Of a stretch of DNA of 64,000 nt, positions 13,567 through 36,031 are shown piece by piece. The position numbers and the translations under genes were made by a program. Under the pieces are notes generated by a model. The model ran no database searches. It was not told the origin of the DNA and saw only the letters and a list, made by a program, of their open reading frames with translations. How positions within the stretch are numbered: the stretch's first letter is position 1; each line of letters begins with the position of its first letter. The stretch comes from Tubulanus polymorphus (lineage: Eukaryota; Animalia; Nemertea), in assembly GCF_964204645.1 (NCBI RefSeq), contig NC_134026.1, forward strand, positions 1,821,950 through 1,885,949, given 5' to 3'.

Positions 13567-16137
13567 TCACGTTGAATGCTGCTTGCATCCACTGACATTT
13601 ACGAAATGATCGGTCACTTTGCCATCAATTTTATTCTTGCAACTAAAACACAGATGACAACTGCAGGCCCAGCAGCGTATGTGGTTGTTAGAGCCTTGTT
13701 TAACGTTGTATTGTCGGCATCGAACGCAAGCGATAACATTTTTGCGTCCATTTCGTTCCAATTCAGCTTGAGCTCTGTAGAATTCCTGTAAATATTAGAA
13801 ACTGAATGTAATGAAAAAACTAATTTCCAGAAATTTTGTTTTAAATACCGGTAATGTATATTATATTCTTACGGGCGCCACCACAATTCTTCGCGGAGCC
13901 TGTGGACCTTCTTGAACAAAGGTGGCACAACCAGAGCTCGAGAAATGATCGTATCCTTTTATTTGACGACCACAAACCCAACACATAAAGCTGCCACACA
14001 TGGCGCATGTTACTTTGTTACATCTACGAATAGAAATGTATTATGATTGAATTATAGCCCAAATATAGATGTCTTGAAATTATTCTTCATATTATCAAGA
14101 AGTAAATATGACTTACCCGCTTATCTTTTCAATGGGAATACCGCACTTTGGGCATTTTTTTGCAGTTCGTTTAATCAGCAGTTCATTTGTGTATCTCTCT
14201 ATGAGCTGTCTTATTTCATCTTTCTTTGCCTTGTTTGTTTTCTTTTTGCTCTCTTTTTCCAATTCTGAGAGTTTATCTGCCGCTGATTTGCACGGTGTGC
14301 CCTGTTCAGTTTGATAAGATCGTTGAAATGTTAGAAACAAACACGCTTGAATAGTGACATTACACGCGTTCTGAAGTTATATTTCACCTGATGATAGGTC
14401 TCCTTGCACTGAACACAAAATGTAAGAAAACAGTTTGCACACCTAGCCAAACCTTCTTCACATATCACAACATGATTACATCTTGGACACCAGTCAATAT
14501 CCTCCATCCTTTCCAAGGTTCTCTGTTATAGAAAATAATCCGTTCAAAAATGTTCAATCAATTGAAGAGGATTACTAAAATGAGATGTTCACAAGTGTTA
14601 CCTCAAGCAGTAGTTTTTCCCATCTTTCAAAAGCTTTCGGTCCAAGGACGGCGTTCATGATATAAGGTGGTAAAGCTATCTTGCAGTCAATATCTGGGCA
14701 GCTGAAATTGGAATCGAGGATTGAGTTAAAGCAAGCTTCACTTCAACTGTCGATTCTTATAGAAAACAAACAAATCATACTTCAGCTGTAAAACAGTTCC
14801 ATCTTTGACGTGCATGTGGCAGTAATCGGTTAAACACGCCTTGCAGAAATGATGCATACATTCATTGATATAGAAAAACTCAGTGCCATCGAATTCGTCG
14901 AAGCATATTCCGCAGGTTTGTTTACTTTGATAGAAATCTTCCAACTCACGCTGCAGATGATATCTAAATGGAACGAGCATCAACACTAAGTTTTGGTTAA
15001 GTTACTGATATATTTTCATGTAGTTCAGAATAACCTCTCTATCTGTTTTTACCTGAGCATGGTCGCTAGATCAATTTGAAGGTCAGTAAATTCTGGAATG
15101 ACCCGTGGATCAGGGCGTTCTTCTGTTATGTCAACTGGCATTATTTGAATTTTATCCTTAATTTCTAAACATCTGGAATTTTACCAAACCATTAAGAAAT
15201 ACATGTACATATGTTCTCTTAAAAATATTTCAACATAAACATAAGCGAGTTTGTTTAGGATATATACCTTAATGCATTATCTTCCAACCAATCAATCCAT
15301 AAATACAATATCGGGATCCCAATATTTTCATTCCATAATTGATCCAAATGTTCACATAGCTGTTTCAAATGGTAGCTGTCCAACCAAAGACAGGATAATG
15401 TAAATATGGGAGGTACCTCATCTGGATAGTTTTCGGGTAGAGTAACATGAAGGGTAAATGGAGTCAAATGATTAACATCGAATGAAGAATGCCATCTTGA
15501 ACCTGGGAGCAATGATAAAACATTAATGGTGAAAATATAGATGAAGCCTGAATTTTAGTGAATACCGTGTTGATTTCATTTACCCGAATCACTCCTTTGA
15601 AATGATGGTTTTGAACATTCAGGGACGCCGTGAAGTTCAAGATCTATATCGTTGTTATACGGCACCCATGTATCTATAGTAATGGGTGGTTTATCAACTC
15701 TTACTGGAACTGTCAACTGAAAGAAACATTCAATTCTCAAAATGGGCAATGATCTTTTAGTTCCAATAATGAAAATATTTATTCAAATAAGTACCAATAA
15801 AGAGAATGCAGTTTCTCCTTCTTCGTGTTCAACAACCACTCTACCCTCTTCCGGGAATATAGATTGAAGTAATTCTACCTAAAAATATGGGCACAGGAAA
15901 TTATTGTGAGCATTACGATAGCGGTATACATATTGTCAACACAGCGCCGAGTTTATCTTAGTTACAGGAGCGAGCCCGTAATTAATTCACACTGATCCAT
16001 TCACGTATGGATTATGACTTACATAAATACATCCACCATCTGATAAATGTTAAGAAAAATGCATGTACCTCATCGCGTTGTTGTTCATTTACAAATGAAA
16101 ACGCTTCTGCTGTGAGAGTTTCACCACCACAAGCCAT
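13567..16137 (-). CDS. RNF14: RNF14-like RBR E3 ubiquitin ligase (RWD - RING1 - IBR - RING2 - extra C-terminal RING2-like module), multi-exon
   Basis: RWD: QRDEVELLQSIFP...VNHLTPFTLHVTLPENYPDEVPPIFTLSCLWL...LDQLW...ILYLWIDWL. RING1: CGICFD...CMHHFCKACLTDYC...CPDIDC. IBR: WCPRC...CANCFLTFCVQCKETYH. RING2: KKCPKCGIPIEKISGCNKVTC with the catalytic Cys. Exact orthology is uncertain. Confidence 0.85.
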
Positions 16138-17590
16138 GTTTTGGGGGAAATAATGCAGCAGGAGGACCGTTGAACAGTGCTACAACACTATAATATAGTG
16201 TTTGCCGTTACGCTTTATTGCGACATACATAGGGGTTCCCTAACGTCAAAATGCAAATTAGCACAATGACGTCAGGGATCTTCGTTCGCAGTATGATTGC
16301 GCAATACCAAATGCAAGCGAACAGCGGTTCGAGACCCAAATATCCATAGAGTTCGCTTTTACGCAGTAAATACACTTCGGCGCTCGTTCGACCAATAATG
16401 CGGACCAAGAAGGGAGAATAGTCCATTTAGAAAATTAAAACACAGCCATAATACTAAGTTCAGAGAGAAACTAGAATTTTATTTCCACATGAAATAATTT
16501 GTGCATACAACGTATTTCAGGTAAAAAAAGACTTTGCTTATTAATCATTGATAAAAACCGATGATGGTTGTAAAATCGACGCGTGCACAAAATATACCTG
16601 TAAATATAATGCATAGTAGATCACATTTTGATTATAAAGCTTAAGAGAAATTTTTCAAAGATTGAATTGTAAGATTACAAAATAATCCTATTAAAACAAA
16701 GAGTTCATTTTGATTCAAATGCGTAAAACGATTATTCTACAAAGATAATCAACATTTCACGTACTTCCGAAAACCGATAAATGTATCTAGAAAAACTATT
16801 TTCCTAGCCTTGAAAATTATAAGTACAATCTCAATCACTTAACCCAGTACATAATAATATACATTTGAGATTAATGTAGCACCTTTATAATAACTGTATT
16901 TGTGACCAGAGTCGTATTTACCTATGACTTTATGGCCCGTATAATTAATGATTTTTTACAAGTATAATGATGGATGTTACTTAATCAATAAATGTACAGC
17001 AATGCGTTAATATGAAATATACATATATTATATCTCTGATAAATCGAAGCAAGAGTTCAGAGTAATTTTGTGTGAAGGATAACTGCACAGCAAATGCATA
17101 GAAATGGTTACATCATAAAAGACGTTCTCTCTTGCCGATAGCTTTATTCGATATAAGATATATTCTAAAAATCCACTGTTATAAGTTTACTTATAATGAA
17201 TACCTAAGTTAATGTAAAAGCCCTGTGCGTGGCTCCATTACAGATTCCCTAGTAAAATACAAACTGTATACATCATACAGTAAAGTACAAGTACCGACAC
17301 CTTGAATCCAATGTTCAGTGATTTATTTTAGTGACTGAGGTGGCAATTATTTGTTAACACAATATAATTCATTCATTCAAATATAGATAATAACCAAACG
17401 AAAAGTGACCAAAAGTTAATTTCAGAATATCACACACTTGTTAAGATAATCTATATGAAATAATCATCACAAATATCAATAAAAATAGTTTTGATTAATT
17501 GAGAACGTTTTAAACTGTTCATGTACGTTTCTAAAAGGTCTTCAGTCCAGCTGAGTAAAGTACCGTACATGTCAGTAGACACATCATCGT

Positions 17591-29104
<11,514 letters not shown>

Positions 29105-29656
29105 CCTGGGTTACTGATAATCTCAGCATCCGATCAAAAGATGTCGATCATTCAATCTAAAAATATACACACAATATACATATGAACAAAATCAGGTTAA
29201 AAGTAGTCTGAACAACAGCTATAACTATAGGTTGAAAGTTGAGTAGATATATTAGTTCTTACAGGAAATGAAATGGCTGCAGAATCACGAGTAAAAATCC
29301 CACACTAAGCATGCGTTTTCTTTTTGCAGAATTTTTGTATCATCGTTACAACATGGCCGACGAGTTTTTCATCAATGTTTAACCGTTTTTATATTTCGAA
29401 ATCAACCCCAGCTTGAAAATCTTTCCGACGTTGTAAATAACTGCCATCGATGATAGTGGTTGATGCAATTAAACGTACTGTTAATGATGCTTTAAGCGAG
29501 TAAAAATTAAATATTCATTCGTTCGGCGCGAAGCTAACAATAATCTAATATCGATAACCAATATCACCTTGTTGTAAACATATAGTAGCTAAGTGAATAA
29601 ATTATATAGATATTCACACACATGGTAATATTATCGTACATACATTGTATAGTGTT

Positions 29657-29736
29657 AACTTTTCTGAATATAAACCAGCAGAAACTTTTCTGAATATAAA
29701 CCAGCAGAAACTTTTCTGAATATAAACCAGTAGAAA
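29657..29736. repeat. 26-bp tandem repeat x3 (AACTTTTCTGAATATAAACCAGCAGA)
   Basis: Three consecutive near-perfect copies, intronic. Confidence 0.9.
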
Positions 29737-32700
29737 TTAAAATCAAGATCTAAGTTCTAATACTTTCACCATCTTGCGCAAGATAAAACTTCTAAAATAA
29801 CAATTGAAGACAGTCAATCTTCGAGGGGCGAGTATTAACTTCAATCGCACAGGGACTCTATCAAAACTGAGCATAGCCAATTACCTAGGTGTAATGAAGT
29901 TAATTACTTCCACGTCTATCAACTGTTTATTCTTCTTATGAAGGTAATATAAGCATTGAATCAACACTGAGTACCGAACTATCAAGTATAAATACAGAAC
30001 ATATATATGTACATACTCCATGTACCTAACTAAATGATGAGTTTATAATTCGCTATCATCAACATGGAAACCATGGGAAAATCAGCATCTTAACTGTCGG
30101 CCTAGCGCCATTTCAGTCGACTCAGAATGCCACAAAGATTGAATTATAGTTCCAACAAATATAGTAGAATACAATAATATCGTAGCCTAAACCGTTATTG
30201 AACTTGAACTTTGAAGTGTACACTAATTCCTACGAACAGCCACTCACCTTCCTCACTCAGTTCTCTAGTTCAAAACAGCACTTCATCTATACCTGATTTT
30301 TGCTATATCACTCAGACCCGAGAAAAACTGTATTTTCCCACAAAACGTAAGAGACTGAAACAACACCTGATATAATGTGCAACACATTTAGACAAATAAC
30401 ACTTAGTCATATAATAACCTAAAGATAGGACCAGGTTATTTATATAGACCTAATTGAAGAGCACGCGGTTATCACAATTAGTAAATAGTAAAATCTATAT
30501 TTCATCGACTAAATTTTTTTATTATCAACCTACAGAGCGCGATACGTATAGGTAACCTTGCTACATGTGTGTCCCGATTTGAAACTTGACTTACATACCT
30601 GAATTCAAAAGTACCGAATGATTGCTAGAAATACACATAGCATCAGAATTTAGTCACAACCACACATGAATAGAAAGGAAATAGCTACACAACTGCTCTA
30701 AAGTCTATTCCAAATTTGATGATACTTCGTGACCTTATAGAGCCCAATTAGGCCTACTACGTCACAGTAGGACATTTGGCTCATATCCATGAATCATGAA
30801 AACAATAATAATATATTAGATTAACGTAAACTTTACAGAATGAGATGCTTGGTTGAATTTACATAGAATATACTCATAAACCAGATCACCTTTATTGTAT
30901 ATTCAATCATTAGATATTAGATAAATAATATTAAGATCATTTACCATATAAACATTTAAACACAAAGATTTCGGTAGACGAACAATTTTACCTTATAACA
31001 ACTAGGCTACCACTACTGGCTTCACTCACTATACTTGAAAAACACTGAAAATCACAGCGGTTTGGCGTAATTAGGATGTAACCTAAATGTCGCAATTAAT
31101 TACGTTCCATCAAAGTTAGGTCTTCAAATCACGCGTGCTGCATATTCAGCCCTCCGATCTCCGCTTACTCAATATAATCAGAGAAAAAATTCCAATGCAT
31201 TTAAATTGCGTGGCTTAAACACACAATCAATGGAGGGGAAATTAAACCGATCACAAAGTGGAACATGACACTGATTCCACGACAATCTACTGCTAAATCA
31301 AAGCCAATAAAAAAACATGAAAGCATTCTCTCCCCGAGAAATAATTGGGTGAAGCCTTTTTCCCGAGCATGATCAGGGTTTCAAAATCGACTAACTCACT
31401 TTACATGAAATTGATTCCATACACGATGTCATAAACTTTGGAATAATGAAATAAAGACTTTGAAGCATCGGACATTGACTCGATGAAAGGTCTTTGAATA
31501 GAAAAAGACTGATATTTGAACGATAAAAATACTTTTTGAGATTGTTAGCAGAAATTTGCAGCACTTTTTTACTTAATTGCAGAAAATAAGCACAAATCAA
31601 AACCTTTTTCAGGTAGATTTTTTGTAACTTTGTAACTTCCTACAAACCTTGGTCATGATTTTATTAACATGATTCTCTAGGCAAGAGGCTTCACAACATA
31701 GACAATTTTGACTGAAAATCATTTACGCGCAGGTTCAGCGCACTCACCATCTGGAATATATACTCTGTCCCAAACAATTAATCAATCGCGCACCCTTCTA
31801 ATACAGTATCACATTCTGTCACTTGTCACTTGAATTATCACAGCTGAATGTTTGAAATATATCACAGGCTAGGCGAACAATTTCTCACAGCATGTTACAT
31901 ATTCTAACAGCTACTTGTCAATTGATGAATGGTTCGATTGTCTACAAATTTGTCCTGTTGACTTAACAAGATTTTCTCCAACAAAAACATACTTCAGTTT
32001 TATTCTCGTAGAGTAATTTTCGTCCTCTATTGACCCCCGCGTCTTAGAAAATATAAAGCCTACATTTAAACTTCTTTATTTATAAAAATACACTCGACAC
32101 ACCTGATTTATATAGATTAAGTCACAAAACTGTAGTTGAAATACTTATTTCCACGCGAACGCCCAATATGGAATCATTATGATATCGGTTTGTATTATAA
32201 CTGATCCGTTTTTCACTTTCCCTACTGAGCGAATATCACTAAGCGTATTTCAAATCATTTCCCACATTCTGATTTTCAACGAAAAATATAGATTAACCAG
32301 CACTTGACTGAAATTGAAGACAACATATGCCGCCGCCTATATGGGACGAGCTGGTGTAAGTCATTTATTGATAATTCAATTTTACTGGAATCGGGATAAA
32401 AACATCGAACATACCTCTAGATTTACATACTGGTGTAGTATACGATTCCTGCCGATTCCTGATACTCCAGAAACAGAGCGAGCAGTATACATAGGGCTTA
32501 CAGAACACTGTGAGAGGTGAACTGAACACCTGCGTCTAGAGTGTGTATGTGTTCACGATTGTTGCTGCGTGTAGACTAGACTCGTTTTAGTAGTAAGGCC
32601 TATTTACCTAAACTTATGCCTGATGATAAAGAATCCAAACAAATGATCCAAAATGTACCGAACTAAACCAACAACGCTTTACAAATACGCGGTACTACGA

Positions 32701-33633
32701 TCTGCGAAAATACTGCAGGATATGTAACAGTTGCCTAATTCCGTAACAGTTGACCTAGTCTCATAGCGAGACCAAGCCTACACTTCTAATACTGTGTGTG
32801 GTTAAATCGGGGTATTTTAAAAACCTCGCCCTCTTACGATAGTTACGATAATGGAATGCTTTATGATAGGCACCATTAAAAAACATCCTGGAGCAATTTT
32901 TAAAATGCATACTCGATAGAAATAACTCAGTGTTAGTGTTACTCAATCTTATCTGTGTCATTCAAATAGTTTTATCTCAGTTCACATAATAACATTCTCT
33001 AGTAGGGGTTTTTTCCATACGTTGCTGCCCAGTGGAACAAGGTAAAGATATGAGCTTGGATAATCCCTCAAATACCCAGGGCCCATTTTCACAAAAGCCA
33101 AATTCGGTATTAGGCCTAATTCATTCCGATCAGTAGATTATGAATTTAGAGTATAAAACAGGTCCGCTGAAACATATGAGAAAATGTGTTGGGGATCTGA
33201 AAATGATGAGCCTTTGAAACATCGCTCATAATTTCATAGATTGTGGGTGCATGATTTCCTGGAATTCTAGCCTAATTATTTATTAGTTAATGGTAAGAAG
33301 ACATAGATTTAGGCCTACATGTTTTTTGTCATAGGCTATAACCTCCTCTCATCATCACTTCAACTCTTTTTAGGCGACACGGCTTAAAATAAAGACGATT
33401 TTAATCAATGCGGTTGCTGACATTACCGAAGCTCTACCACAGATATAATACTGACTAGACAAGAGAGAACAATGAATAAAGTAAATTTGATTGATCGTCA
33501 AAGTTGTTTCCCCTCTTGTCTCTGGTTGACGTTTCCTACTTTCAAACTTTGACTGAACACAAAAAACTGCCAACTAGGAATATTTCAAAACGTTTTCAGT
33601 GCGTTCAAAATTATTACAGAATATAAAACTTAC

Positions 33634-33740
33634 CTTTAATTCATCTGTGATGCGTTGGTTATTCAATTATTAAGTATTTCATCGCTTTTTATTCGTAAAT
33701 ATAAACTATCGTTGTTCGAAAACTCCACGATCTCACACCG
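33634..33740 (-). other. Putative non-coding first exon of KANK
   Basis: Strong donor AAG|GTAAGT at 33633, just downstream (minus strand) of a CRE/CCAAT cluster. The 5' boundary is a guess. Confidence 0.45.
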
Positions 33741-33741
33741 C

Positions 33742-33860
33742 GGTATCCCATCGGATTGCACCATATGACGTCATTATTGGTTCTTGGATTCAATTTTCAA
33801 CATCTGACAGGTATCCCCATACGTTTTACCGTATGACGTCATTTATTGGCTCGAGGTTCG
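33742..33860. promoter_or_regulatory. Duplicated CRE (TGACGTCA) + CCAAT module, probable KANK promoter
   Basis: TGACGTCA at 33766-33773 and 33834-33841, each followed by ATTGG, within a degenerate ~68-bp direct repeat. Confidence 0.6.
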
Positions 33861-33915
33861 ATTCCTGAATTAAACAGACATTTATCATTACATAAAGTTT
33901 AAGTAAAGGGATAGG

Positions 33916-34210
33916 TACGGAAGCCCCTAGGTGACATAAGAGATAATTTTTTTTCATAATTTCGACTTATTAAGTCGAATTTCGACATAATAAGTCGAAT
34001 TTCGACTTAATAAGTCGAATTTCGAGATAATAAGTCGAATTTCGTGTTAATTAAGTCGAATTTCGACTTAATAAGTCGAAATTCGACATGAAAATAAAAC
34101 TCGATATTCGACTTAATTAACACGAAATTCGACTTATTATGTCGAAATTCGACTTAATAAGTCGAAATTATGAAAAAAGTTATCTCATATGTCACCTAGG
34201 GGCTTCCGTA
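33916..34210. mobile_element. Foldback-type non-autonomous DNA transposon (MITE) with long TIRs and internal 21-bp palindromic tandem units
   Basis: Ends TACGGAAGCCCCTAGGTGACAT / ATGTCACCTAGGGGCTTCCGTA are perfect reverse complements (the terminal TA may be the TSD). The interior is made of TTCGACTTAWTAAGTCGAA units. Confidence 0.9.
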
Positions 34211-35141
34211 GTCACGACTTATGTCCAAAAGATGGTTTTTAATCTTAACAATTAAAACAATCATTTATATTAGATCTGGTTATATGCTATGGGCACTACC
34301 TTCCTCAATAGTCGTGAAACCGATGATACATTTGTCCGTTGAACAAAATGCATGAGATAATGTTATTCATTGTCGATTTCCTCCCCATTTGATTAATTGA
34401 CGATACGCTATTATGATATGGGATCTTGAGAATGGTTGCACGAAGAGCTCACCGACAGACGGGTTCAACTTCTCACGAACTGGATGGGCGATCCGGGTTC
34501 GACCTCAGGCCTGAGTAGGACTTTTAATTCGTAGAGATCCACTTACTCGCAGCATCGAAATAAAAACTGAACAAATAGTTTTTCTAAATATTTATTATTA
34601 TTTGAACATTTATTATAACTATGTCCAAACTAACAAGTTTACATGTTGATAATTGAAGTATAGGAGTCGATAACGCCTAATCGATTAAAATACAACTCTT
34701 TCTTTCTCTAAGAAAAACGGCTTTAATAATTCTACAAGCAAGATCTATGCTTTTAATGAAACCCATTGATTCGAAGGATGAATTTGCCAATAACTATATG
34801 TAGTAGTTTCCAAAACTATACACCAATGAAGTCATTGACACTTCTTTTATTTAGAAAAATATTCTTTTCGCATTTTAAAAATAGTTCTTGTCATCATCGA
34901 TAGTTTAAATGGTTAGTGATACATTTATTACCTGAGAATTGATGACTGAAATACGCGTCAGTTAAAACCACGAAGATAATGTACAGTAAAATATTAGAAG
35001 AGGTTTCAAAGAGATTTCTCCGCGATGAAGTCATTTCACTGACGTCAGGATGATGAAATTTAAATCAACTGTTGATACAATGATGGTTTTGATTGAAAGT
35101 TGTTCATCTTATATCCGAGTAAAACTGTTCTGTGAAAATAA

Positions 35142-35257
35142 CCAGGACCCAGTTCCACAGTTGTGAGTTAGAGTTAACTCTGAGTTAAAGTTAGTTCATT
35201 TTCAATGTTTTAACCCAGGGTCAAATCTTAACTCAGAACTGTGGAACTGGACCCAGG
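35142..35257. mobile_element. MITE (~115 bp), second copy at 51788-51900
   Basis: TIR CCAGTTCCACAGTT / AACTGTGGAACTGG, flanked by CAG on both sides; high identity to the copy at 51788. Confidence 0.85.
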
Positions 35258-36031
35258 ATAGCATTATATATATATATCATTATACATGTATGAAATCTGA
35301 ATCGTACTATAATATAGCGATTGATGAAAATTATACAAGATGACTATGTCCAATGTCCTTACAGAGAAATAAATCTCTCATTGCTGCTTGATCAAATTTA
35401 TGATAACGAATAACTGTAATACATAATATGATTAGGTAGACAAGAACAAGTAAGACAAATCATTTTTTGCTTTCTCGTATCAAAATTTCTCCGTAATAGG
35501 ACAAACTTCTGTGGTAAGATCGAGCAGATCTTTAACCATACCGACTGAAATTTTGGCCAACGCTTCTCTCAGACCGACTTACAGGCTGGAAGCATTTTCG
35601 CCCTAATAAATAACACAATTGAAATAAGACAAAGTTCATGATTTAAAATTGAATATTGACAAGTAAGTTAAATTTACATACAACATAAAATTATGTTTTC
35701 AGAAAATAATATATTTCCCTTATATATACAACTATAGAGGCAAGATAATATACAACTATATATAATCCGTTATCCATATCAATTCGTTACGCACGTTTAT
35801 AAAAAAGACCATATACATCGGATCCTTATTTCACATGCTTGAAACCTATCTCTCCCCGCGCGTCCATTAAAACATTGACCTATGTCGTCCACGTGTCCAT
35901 GGTTAATGCTAAGAGTTAATCATATATAAATACGCCCTCAAATGAAGCTTGAATTGATCATAATTCTAAAATGCTACATTGGAAAAGTACAGCAGCTCTG
36001 AATAGAATAGGCTTTTTTTCTATCTGATTAG

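Noticed and set aside
33960-34170. CRISPR-like array of palindromic repeats
   Set aside because: The units abut with no unique spacers, lie inside TIRs, have no cas genes nearby, and the context is eukaryotic.
34430-34520. tRNA or SINE-like sequence with GGTTCGA
   Set aside because: It has a B-box-like motif only; I could not build a cloverleaf or find an A-box or second copy.
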